A model generated the notes under the pieces. It was given only the letters and a program-made list of their open reading frames with translations. It did not search any database and was not told the origin of the DNA. From Callorhinchus milii (Eukaryota), in the NCBI RefSeq assembly GCF_018977255.1, contig NW_024704755.1, forward strand, positions 15,314,001-15,378,000: a DNA stretch of 64,000 nt, given 5' to 3'. Made by a program: the position numbers and the translations under genes. Positions 1 through 11,324 of the stretch are shown here, piece after piece (positions within the stretch are counted from its first letter, which is position 1; every line of letters starts with the position of its first letter).

Positions 1-746
1 AGCAGAGAAATGGGTAAAAAAAGATTGTTGCCTCATTTTAACTGGAGTTTTTCCACATACTGCATAACGCCCACACAATAACCTTTTCATTGTGGCGGAT
101 CAATTGCATCGCATTTTCTTAGAATGTTTTTAAGGTAATTTATATCACTTTACTTCTAATTTGAGACTCTGTACATTACTGTCATCAGATGAGGTAACAT
201 AATATAAGTGAAACAAAACATTACCCTCACAGCACACACTGAGCTGCTGAATATTTACTTGGCGCTGTGTGTAATGCAGAGGACCTGGTATTCAATCTAT
301 CAGATTCAGCCATGAAGGAGCCACCCTGAGCAGAGGCTTGCTAACTTTTAAATGTGACCGACTGAGAAATGGTTTTAGAATTGATCATGAAATCTACATA
401 CAAATGTTGTGGGTATTCAACCGGATATTTGTTGTTGAAATTGGCTCCACGGTCAATGGAATGATGATAGCAGGAATCAACTAAAGGGGCAGCTCTTCGG
501 CCAATCATTCAATTAGTGACTAATACATAAAATGTTTGGATTTCCCAGAGAGAGAGAGAAACATTACTGAACGTTAAAGAATCATCATAATCTATGTCTG
601 AAGCCCAGCAGTAAGTACTTGGCTAAGCTCCATCTGAAACAACGCTTAAGAATTCCATTTTATAGTTTTTATTTAATTTTATCCGATTCTATCGAAGATA
701 TAGATTGAACAAATCAAACCCAACACATTACGTTTCATAACTTTTG

Positions 747-752
747 TTTATT
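747..752 (-). terminator. Putative polyadenylation signal of gene A (paralogues at about 28606, 42367-42372, 61213-61218)
   Basis: CTTTCAATAAA on the minus strand, about 320-345 nt after the stop or its homologous position in A, C, D and E. The context is conserved across both lineages. Confidence 0.55.
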
Positions 753-1095
753 GAAAGTCGACAAAACCGCTTCACAGTCTTACAAACTATTAGAAACTGG
801 TTCTAGATTTGTATTGGTATATTTTGTTCCAGTGATACAATAGCTTCTTAGCTTTTATAAACTATTATAGTTTATAGCTCAGCGACATTATCAGATTAGT
901 ATTATACAAATTTGAAGTTGAAATTGCATTGACTTGATAAATGATAGGTAATACAAACTAATCAAACATTATGTCTTCCTGCAGTGTCAGAGCAGTGACA
1001 CAATAACACACCACATTGATGTACACACTGTAACTAGTCTACATTAGAAGGGAACTGTGAGGAATCTGCATCGATAATTGTCTATTATTGTGACA

Positions 1096-4000
1096 TTATG
1101 CGGTTCCTGACTCCATGAAAGTGCCATCTTCGTAGTTTCTGGTCTTTACCTCGGAATACTCTGAATTCTTGTCGCTGTGTTTAGCTTTTCCTGTATTTTT
1201 GGAGCGAGGCAAATCCAGAGCAGCGTATGTCAGCTTGTTAGCGGCTGCTCCTTGCTTGGTCTGCAAAAACAATGTTTGGTTTGTCTTTGTTTGTCTTTGT
1301 TACACAGAGAGATGTACATAGAATGGTACAGGAACTGACCATCCGGTGTTTATACTTCACACGAGCTCCATCCCTTCCTATTTGCTCCTATAACTCTCTT
1401 ATCTCTTCCCCTCATGTATGCAACACGTTTTAGGTTACATTATTCCAAACGCTTCACCCCATGGACGATTGGTAAATGTATTGCAAACTGCGATATGTAG
1501 CTGCAGATTTAAGGGTTTTAGATCTCAACGATGAGCTGACAACTGCTTTCATGGGTTGGCGAAGATCAGTTAGTGCTGCAATTCCTGATTGCTCTGTGGG
1601 ACATTGACATCTCAGGACGTCTGGATTGTAATATCTCTGATCCTCGTTAATTTATTTGCTGAATTGTTGACTCATTTATAAAGATAAAATCTAAGGACTA
1701 TATAGCTCAGAAGACCAGACGGCCCATCGTACACGTGCTGTATGTTTGAAAGAATTATCTATTGATTCCCATTTACCCGCCTTTTCGCCAACACTCCCTA
1801 AAATTGATCCGTTTTACATATCTTCATTATCTTTAGATAAATAAATGATATTGGTTGAATCCTGGAAAGCTGAAAATGTTCCACAACTAAATGCAGCATC
1901 GAAAACGAGGTAGAAGATTGGAGGAGGGGACAAAATCATAACGATGAAAGTCAATGAACCCAATTTACCAAACCTGTCCAATACAAGATTTCTCCATGCT
2001 GTGTACCTGGGCGTATACTGTCCTGTCTTCCTGATGTTTAGTTCTTGGAGTTTTATTGGAACTTCTCAAATCCAATGTTACATAAGCCACGTTGTCACCC
2101 GCTGCTGCCTCCCCCGCCTGTAAAACAAAGGTACGTGGTTGTTCCGTTGCCTTTCTTGGTCTGTCATCTTTGACCATGGAATTGAATAAGTGGAGGATTT
2201 AGGGGAAATAAACTGCTGTCAAGTTGAAATAGTTAAAGACATATCTTCATTAAGAAGATCGAGTTCTGTCTGGAGGCAGTGAAATTCATTTTTGCAACTG
2301 ATGTTTTGCAATCTATGCCCGTGAAAATATGTTGCATATCTGATTAGATGGATCAAACAAGAATTATCACTTAAAATATTATCACTTAAAACATGCTTGG
2401 ACTCCTCGTGTTCCAAGTCATATGGCTGACTCTGAAGGATTACTAGAAAATTAAATTACTGTCAGCAAACTTTATTTATTTATTTATTTATTTAAGTAAC
2501 AGCTTAATCCTGAAAAGGGAAATAAATAGGTCTGTAATTCTGGAGGAATGATGTTAAGGTGGGAAACTTTCAGTTCACAGTCCAAGTGAACATGAGCTCT
2601 ACCTTGTTGGAGGTTGGTTGTCAAACCAAGTTCCTGTATTCTTGTTAAGTTTACTTTAAAGATCATTTGAGAATCTTCTAACACAGAATGAGGTTTGTCC
2701 GGTGTCCTCGCGAATGGTAATCATGATAAATTGGCGAAACACTTCATGACAGTTTATCGGACCATATTGTGTGTAAGTTGGTTCGACCAAATAGAGTCGC
2801 TACAAAGACAACGATTGTTCATGAAGCATTTTAAGATGTTTGGAATGATACCGGCCACAATGATAATCACTGAATTGGTCCATTGGTCACCCAAATAATT
2901 TGGTGATAGACTTACCTGATCTTCAGGATTGCCCAATTGAGTCAGGTTTCCCTTTGATCCTAAATATAAATTAAATTTACTGAATGAAATATTTACTCAG
3001 TTTCAATATTAACACTAGAATAATATTATTGCTCTACATTTCAGGATGAGTGAAATAGAAATATTCGCCTGCACCCTTTTCCTTCTCTCTGAATCTCCCC
3101 TTCACTCATACTTTCCGAAATCCTCAAAACAGTGGAACTCTTTCCCTTGAACATTTTAAATTTCAAACTTGGCAACGCCTATCCACTATTCCTTAATCAT
3201 TTTCATTTCTCCTCTTGGCCGAGGCCACTCACCTGGGACTCTCCATAATAAAAACATATTTTCTATGTCACAATTTCAATATAATATTTAACTGAATTCT
3301 ATTGCTGATATACATCTGCTGTGAGTCCCTGCATTTATTTGATGCCATTCATCACTAGAGTTTCTTACAAATGCATGTAATTCATCGTATTTGAAGCCGA
3401 TTGCAATAGGTTAGAGCAGATTTCAGACACTGGATGTTGTAAAATGAGAAATTCTGGGATACTAAAGTTCACCATGTGAAATGATTACAGTCCCTAATCT
3501 GTTGCAATAACTACCAGTAATTGGCATTGTATAACCGTAGCTTCTACCTTCGAATTTGAAGTAACAATCAAGACACTTTTTTCCATTTGCTAACCCAGTG
3601 GTGCTTTCTAAAGTTTTGTATCAATGTGTAATATTTACAATTAATTGCAATGAAATCAGAATTTTCTTACCGTTTTTCTTTTTTAATTGGCATCGCTTCC
3701 CAAATATGATCACAAGCGCCAGAAATGCGAAACCACCCGCTGCACATCCAGCCCACAATAAATAATGGGTTACCTTGCTACTACCGAGAGAAACTGTGAA
3801 AAGTGAGGTGAAGCATTGTGCAGCGCATCAATTTGGACTTCCACTCATCGCAGTAGAATACAAATGTTATGCATATCATTAATGAATTATATTCGCAGTG
3901 ATAATATATTCGCAAACTGAGTATTAAGCCCAATAAGTTGTTTAAATATTATGACTAATCTTAATCTGTGCATTTATTGAAATAAGAAAAAAAATGACAG

Positions 4001-6812
4001 GAGCATCACCGAAAAGAGTTTGATATTTTGTAGTATAATTAATGACATCTGATCGCGCGTATTTTTATTAATGCTCTTGATTTTATTACACAGGCGAGGT
4101 GACACCAAAACGTACCACTGATTTTCACAGGAATCCCCACAAAGTACAAACCATAAATTGTAGTTTAAGACGGCTGTACCCAGTGACATCTCATCACAAG
4201 CAATGAAACGTGCTCACTTGTTATTAATAAAACGAGGGAACATTATGGAATAGAATTACATTTTGTGATCAAATGCCTTGTGTTAAAAAGAATTTGAAAA
4301 TTAAGCAGTTTTAGGATGCTTCCATGTATATAATATCTGTTAGGTTTAGCAAAACCTTCACATCAAAAGATACAATATATTTTATGACCATCATCCACAA
4401 CTCCCTCATCACCATTCTTAACACATTGGTCTCTCATCATATCAGCCATCGCTTCCTATCCCCTCAGGTTCCCCAGGACAACAGTCACACTCCATCCCTC
4501 AAGTCACAGTTTCTTGCTGCTGAACATTGGATGTTCCTCATGGCTCTATCCTCGGTCCTCTGCTCTTCACTATCTATATGCTCCCACTTGGCGACATCAC
4601 TGTAGACATGTATTGCATATTCACATGTACAATGATGAAAACCATCTTCCTCCACACTCGACCTCCAACTTCGACCCGATTGCTGTCAGACATCAAGTGA
4701 TTGATCAGCTCTGACTTTCTTCAGCTGAATAATAATAATAATCCATGCATTTTATACTTCGACTTATATATCGAATGCAAGGATTAATATTATTATTATC
4801 TCGTTATTGTTGTCTCAAATCGCTTCAGATGATTTACTTGATGAATCAATGCAACAAAGCATTCCTCTGAAAATTCAATTAATAACAGTTGACTTTTTAA
4901 AAATCTTTTAGCATCTTACCTTTAGATTTTGGGAAAGCGAAGGTGGCAATAGCTGAAGTCTTGAGGCTGACGTGAGACACCAGACAGGTATAAACAGACC
5001 CATTCTGGCCAGGCTGTGTGTCTTCGATAGAGCTCGAGGCCTTATAGAGATCCTCTGAGTTCTGCTTCTCAGTGGAACCTGACTCTTCCAGCTTTATTTC
5101 TGGTGTTGGCACAATTGTGGTGCCATCTTTATACCAAGTAAGGGTGATTTCCTTTGGGTGAAACAAGGCAGTTTCACACACAAGAGTCTGAGGCTTAGGT
5201 GAATTTCTAGAGAAAATCTTCAGTGGAGTTGGGGGAGCTGTGGAACAGATAATGGAGGAGAATCGTGTTAATTTTGATCAATCGATGGGACAAACTTTAT
5301 TTTGATTTGTATCCGATACATTTCTTTGCAAACTCCTGACGCCTGAGTACAAATAGAGGTTTTCTAAGATACACAAATATCCCTTCTCACAGCAGCATTG
5401 GCCTTACTCCTGCTTTAATTACTTTGTGCTTTTATCAATTAATATTTTAAATTAATATTTATGGTTAAGTTTGCAATACATTGGAATTCATTTGGGAGTT
5501 TTGATTTACCTACTCACTTTCCCTCAACTTACAGAGCTCAGAAACCATCCACATAAGGTGATATCACTTGTATATTTCCTTTATAATTTACTGCAGAAAT
5601 ATTCAAGATCTGAAACCATTTATAAATAAAAATCTGAATTTAATTTTGCTTCCACACTCCACACGCCTAATAATAATCCCTCAAGAAACAAAACAACAAT
5701 AAATTGGTCACTTCAATCCACGACTGTTTGTGGGAGACGACTGTGCGCAATTGGCTGCCGCATTTTGCCCACAAATATACAGTCAATTCACTTTACAGTA
5801 TATTCTGTGAAGTGCTTTGAGACATCGAGAAGACGTGAAAAGCGCTATATCAAATGCAAGAATTATTATTCTTATTATTATATTCATGTCCTTTATCTTT
5901 CATATTATTACTAACTTTGATGATTGGCAGGTAGAAATGATCACTTAGAAATGCCTAACCAATATGTTGAAGTGTCGAACAGAGGAGATAGAGGATTCCT
6001 GGCAGAGGTGTGCACACTGTGTTAGTGTGGATCAATTGGTTGTATTTTCGCCTCTGCGTTAGAATTTTGCTCTGCTGACCACTGCTGAATGATGGTGAGA
6101 AAATAATCATTTCATTTGAATATAGCGCCTTATCACATCTTCGAGACATCTCAAAGTACTTTAAAAGCCAGATTGTGAAAGTTATTAATGGACAAACGGT
6201 ATAAATAACGGTATAGCATTCACCGCATTTATTACTTGTTATGTAATTTCTAAACGCCAATTTTGCTCTTCATTCACACTCACCGCGCACAGTTAATCGT
6301 GATCCAGGTCCTGTTCCAATTATTGATCCCTGACGGACCACTAGACAGCGATAGACTCCAGAGTCCTGTAAACTCACATTCAGGAACTGGCAGAAGCCGC
6401 TTCCTTTAGTTTTTACACCAAATAGTTTCCTGAGATCCTCCTTTGTATCCAAATAGCCGCTCTCACCCTCCTTATGCCACTGCACCTTCACTCCTGAACC
6501 ATCTTGAGGGAAGCGAAAGATACAGTGGAAGGTGACATTTGTCCCTCTGATGACAGCCACATGGTCGGGGATTTGAGTCACTTTCAACGATGAATCGCCA
6601 GCAACTGTCAGAAAATAAAGTCAGAGTTCTTAGATGGTGAGCTATGGAGAAAACAAATGGGTAAAAGAGGAATAAATGTAACTATATAAGATAAATGGCA
6701 CACGGAAACAATTTGCACATGTTTCATAGAAGAACTGAATTATAGAATGAACATACACACCTGTTGAAATAATATATAAGGCAGACAGGCACAGAAAGAC
6801 CACATTCCTCAT
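1096..6812 (-). CDS. Gene A: VJ-C1-TM inhibitory Ig-superfamily receptor (NKp30/SIRP-like), 7 exons, about 377 aa
   Basis: Exons: leader 6812-6761 (MRNVVFLCLSALYIIST), V 6604-6284 (..VTFHC..VQW..DSGVYRC..GTGPGSRLTV), C1 5237-4920 (LVCETALFHPKEITLTW..YTCLVSH), TM 3793-3671 (YLLWAGCAAGGFAFLALVIIF-GKRCQ), linker 2959-2916, 2117-2007 (VAYVTL, TVYAQ), 1260-1096 (LTYAAL, SEYSEV, stop). All introns are GT-AG with phases 1-1-1-1-0-0. Total 1134 nt, no internal stop. Confidence 0.9.
4385..4700 (+). mobile_element. Old L2 RT relic in the C1-TM intron (paralogues at 17600-17900, 24000-24260, 31890-32220)
   Basis: CTATCCTCGGTCCTCTGCTCTTCACTATCTATATGCTCCCACTTGGCGACATC encodes an (S)ILGPLLFTIYMLPLGDI RT motif. 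It is shared by the paralogues, so it predates their duplication. Confidence 0.75.
5668..5882 (+). mobile_element. Partial SINE (other partial copies at 15095-15313 -, 22402-22630 +, 60184-60436 -, 63575-63956 +)
   Basis: Same body and/or tail as the full-length copies. Confidence 0.85.
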
Positions 6813-6886
6813 GTCTGTCTCTGGCTCTGATGGCTTGCAACAAGTGAACGTGTATTATTTGATACAGAGTGGGTTGTGTGACACTG

Positions 6887-6928
6887 ACTTCCTGTTTCTT
6901 TGGGTTTGAGAAATGTAGAAGGTGTGGT
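6887..6928 (-). promoter_or_regulatory. Putative proximal promoter of gene A: ETS core plus RUNX/T-box-like motif
   Basis: ACAGGAAGT (6895-6887) about 75 nt upstream of the ATG; AGGTGTGGT at 6920-6928. The ETS motif is conserved upstream of every leader in the window. Confidence 0.5.
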
Positions 6929-8834
6929 AGACGCAATTTGTAATCACACTTTTGCATTAAAATTGGGAAAGTAATAACCAAGGGCAGAAAAAAGCTAAGA
7001 ATCTATAAACTTAAAACAAAACATTGTTTAGTGCCATTAATACATTTTGGTGCTTTCTCCATCTGTAAATGTTGGTTTGAGCATCAACTTGTGAAACCAG
7101 TTATGTCAGAAACATTCCGAACTGATGAAAAATGTCTTCTTTACTTTTATCCAGCTGTCCCCTACTGATAGAAATTAACTTTTCCCTCTGGCATAGTTCT
7201 CCGCTTTAAAACCACAGTAACCACTCCATCAAAGAGTGTACCCCCATCCGTCTAAACTCTCCAATTACTGGTCCATCTCCAACTTGCCCTTGGTAACCAA
7301 AGTTCTGGCCACTCAAATTTGCTTCCACCTTTTTCTTCACTCGTTGCTGAAAACCATCCTCCTTGTCTCCTTCTAACATTTTCTTTCTCCAATGGCTTGC
7401 TGCATCCTCTCTGCATCACCATCAATGGCCGAAACTTTGGTTGCTTTGCCTACAAAATAAACACAGTCGCACCATTTCCCAATATATCCTGCAAAACCCT
7501 TTTAAACATCTCAACAACATAATAAGTTGAAATATCAATCAACGATTGTACTGTAATTATTATTAGATTACTCTTTCCCAATCTGCCTTTGTCCTGATTC
7601 AATTCCTCCCTCTTGAAACATGTCTATGTCCATCTCTCTCCCCGCTGCCTTTCCCTTGCTCAGTGTCCAACCCAAACGCTTTGAAGCCCACCAAGATTAT
7701 AGGCTATGCGAAGGATGCCACAATGTAATAATAATCTTTGTGCCTTTTTATGTCTTCGAGACCTCTCAAAGCACTTCACAGAATATATTGTAAAGTGAAT
7801 TGAATTGATGCTGTACAAATGTGAACTGTTCTTGTTAATAGGTAACAAATAATCTGATCAATGCAGGAACTTTTCTTACACAAATATATGCAAATTATAT
7901 ATTGTAGGGACATTATGGAGGTCTGTCAAATGGCGATGCAGACTACATCATATTTATGCTATGAAAAGCTGTAATCTACACTTTTATTGCACTCGTTCGT
8001 CTGTTGCACTTTTGTTTGACTGGCTCAGGATTTCTATGTGTACCTGATGCCTTTGGCACCTTCAAGCTAATCCTGCCTCAATCCCTGTACCCCACAAACT
8101 TTTTAAGTGTCTTCAAATCACACTTGAAGATTTTCCACTTCGCCTGTACCTATGGTCAATTTGCCAGACAGGCATTTTTGCCCACAAAATGCACACCACT
8201 TCATGTACTAAGAATGCATATCTGTTGTTATGTAAATAATGATATACTGTGTAGGTACAGCCACTTTAAAACATTAGGCACAGCCTAAATAATGGAAAAA
8301 GTTAATAACCTGCGGTCTATTTATAATGTCAGAGAGCGAGACTCTTGCAATGGAATTATCCTTTGACATTTACAAATACAGCAGAATGATTGGTGTTTTA
8401 ATGCTTAGTTGTTTCATGTTAGATATATTTGTAGCAGTTACATGAATAGTTCAACGCCCACGCTTCAACTTTTTCACTGCGTTGGGTGAATTGTGTCTGC
8501 TTTTAAGTTAGCCATGTGTATAAGGAGTACCCTGGAACTTAATGCAGATGAACCAACATTGCAGGATCAGTCATAGTATGAGATCCTCTTGATGTGTTTG
8601 GATGGCAAGATGTGCTCAATAAGAAAAAAGCTTGTAGACTATTTGGGGTCCGTGACTTACGCCGCTGCTATAACAAAGCAATGATATTATTAGAAGTGTA
8701 TATGAGAAAAAGAAGGCAGTACTGAAGGGCGACATCAACCAACCCAACATAAACTGGGAATGTCCCAGTGTGAAAGATCAGAGCTTGCAAACATGTGCTT
8801 CCTTACTCATTTGATAAAGTACCACATGAAAGAC

Positions 8835-10190
8835 GCAGTGTTTGTATAGCATCTACGCTTGTACAGCACCTTTCACGTCTGTAGGATGTCCCAAGGCATT
8901 GGATAGTCCGTGTATTGGACCCAAGCTGGGGGTCGTGATTGGGGAGTGTGTAGGGCAGGGGTATGGAAGCAGGGTGATTGAAAGCATGGTTGTTAAGAAG
9001 GGTCTTGAGATGGGTGTTGAAGGAGGCAAGGGACAGGGGGTGAGGTGGAGGTACTGTGGGATGGAGCACCAGAGGGTAGTGGCTGAGTGGCGGAAGGCCC
9101 GCCCGCCAATGGTTGTGGGCAAGGTGGAGAATGTGAAGCAGGCTGGAGCCCCTAAGCGGAGGAATCGGGCAGGATTGTAGGGATTTAGGGAGTCACAGAA
9201 GTAGGGGCGGACATGGAGGGCTTTGAAGGTGAACTCCAGGATCCCGAATGATGGGAAGCCAGTGGAGTTGGGCGACAATGGGGGTGATAGGGTCACGGAG
9301 CCTGGTGCGAGAGAGGACATGAACTGCAGAGTTCTGGATGATCTGCAGCCTATGGAGGGAGGATTGGGGAGGCTGAGTAGCAAGGAGTTTGCATAGTCAA
9401 ACCTCGGTGTTCTGAATGCATGTAAGAGGGTTTCGGCGTCCTGTGATGTGAGACAGTGGTGGAGCCGGGAGATATTGCAGAGGTGGGAGAAAGCAGAGTG
9501 GGTCGTGGTATGGATGTGGGATAGAAAGGATACTTGAGGGTCAAACAAGACGTCAAGGTTCTGGACTGGCTTAGTACGATGCAGTGTGCATCAATGGATG
9601 ATGATGCTGTCAGCAGCTGAGGTGTGGAGGCACTGAATGGAGCCTTCAGGAGGGTTTTAGTCTTGTTGATATTCAACTGAAGAAAGTTAGCTCTCATCCA
9701 GGACCGGAGTGTGACAGACATTCTGTTAGGACAGCAGTGGTCCTGGAGTCAAGGGCGGATGCAGAGACGTTCAGTAGCAAGCCATCTGCATCCATGGCAG
9801 TTGACCCCATGTCTGTGGATGATTTCACCAAGAGGGAGCATATAGATGTTGAAGTGGAGAAAGGACAGAACTCTAAGGAACGTCGCAAGAGATGGTGCAG
9901 ACCTAGAGGAGAAACCGTTGGTGAGATGAAGTGTAGGTGGTGTGAGAGGTATGATCTGAACCATTCAAGGAAAGAACCATGAAGGTTGAGGTGAGAAGAC
10001 AGGTGGTGGATGAGGATAGAATGGTCAACGGTGTCGATGGCAGCAGTGAGGTCAAGAAGGACAAGGAAGCAGAGTGAACACTGTTCCCAGATGGACAGAA
10101 TGTCATTTGTCACTTTGACCAGGGTTGTTTGTGTGCTGTGGGTATCACGGAAACCGGATTGGATGTGTTCATGAAGGGAATGGCGGGATG
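8835..10190 (-). mobile_element. L2 LINE, 5'-truncated and decayed (RT to 3' tail), followed by a short inverted L2 piece at 10185-10310
   Basis: TNDIL..LVLLDLTAAIDTVDHSILIHHL; QLNINKTK; RFDYANSLL; 3' tail GGGACATCC..GACGTGAAAGGTGCT. Confidence 0.9.
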
Positions 10191-11069
10191 AGAGCTAACT
10201 TTCTTTAGTTGAACATCAACAAGACTGAGGCTCTCCTGATTGGCTCCTGTCAGCACTTCCACACCTCAGGTGCTGACAACATCACCATCCATGGATACAC
10301 ACTCCACCTTTCTTCAAGCCCCATATCTGGACATGGAACGCATGTAGACAAAGAAAAATAATAATAATTCTTGTATTTGGGACAGCGCCATATCACATCT
10401 TTGAGATGTCTCAAAGCGTTTCACAGACTACACTGTAATGAAAATGACACTCCAATGTAGTACCAGAGGGTGTAGAATTTTTGGATAAACTGTCCTTCAG
10501 ATGAGAAGCTGAACCAAGGACACGCCTGACTGTTTAGGTGGACATTAAAGATCCCATGGCACTCTTTAAAAACAGAAGGAAATTTTGCCTGGTTTGCTTG
10601 GCAACAGTCCCCCAAATTGATTATTTAATTCATGGCTACTTTATTTATTCCAGGTCCAAGAGGCAGACTGTACCAATTGTTGTTTCATTAATACTGAAGA
10701 GACAGAGCGTCAACCTCGTCAATACGAGCTCAAAGTTATAACCTGGGCTTGAACCCAAACCATCTGATTCACCGTACATGTTATCAGGCATCATCCAACG
10801 GGAATTTTGATTGCACAGCATCCTCGGTCTCAATTGTGGATAATGCTCATGGATAGTGTTCGGTAGCGGACAGCAAAAGCAAATGATCATTGTAATGGAG
10901 CCCTGGATTCAGCAATAGGCCACCGACTTGGCATTTAAGGCTGATCAACAATGAGCGCACGAGAAACCAAGATTGTTCAATTGGAGAAAAGAAGAAGGGG
11001 ATTATTTTCTTGGTGTTTTCTGAATCACACAGAGTATAAATAAACTGTCCTGAAATAATATGTTTGATG

Positions 11070-11324
11070 AAGGAAAGGAATGATGCAGAGGAAGGTGATG
11101 TTTGTCTCTGATGGCAATCACATATTCTGGGGTTAATGTTACTTTGACCGAAAAATAATCAATAACTATCAGAAAAAGAAGGCCAGATAGAGGCAGTAAC
11201 ATAACATCCCCGTCTCATGATTCTGAGCAGTTTTGACCCTGATCATCTGTAAAGAGCTGATCTGCAACAAGGCTGCATAAATGTTTTGCTGCGAAAAATG
11301 TTTCTGTGTCATTTGACTTCCTGT
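11070..11324 (-). pseudogene. Pseudogene G1: old leader/V relic with promoter ETS site
   Basis: Acceptor TTTTTCTGATAG, then KVTLTPEYVIAIR.. resembling KVTQIPDHVAVIR. A leader relic is fused next to the acceptor. ACTTCCTGT at 11316-11324. Confidence 0.6.

Noticed and set aside
6241-6330. V(D)J recombination signal sequences or rearranging antigen-receptor segments
   Set aside because: The J-like strand is inside the V exon and is followed directly by a GT donor. I saw no heptamer-spacer-nonamer flanking any V, and each V has its own leader, C1, TM and tail.
10185-10310. Inverted L2 piece as a twin-priming 5' inversion or a functional hairpin
   Set aside because: It duplicates an internal part of the adjacent L2 rather than the upstream part and is diverged. 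More simply a second old L2 fragment, copied along with the block.
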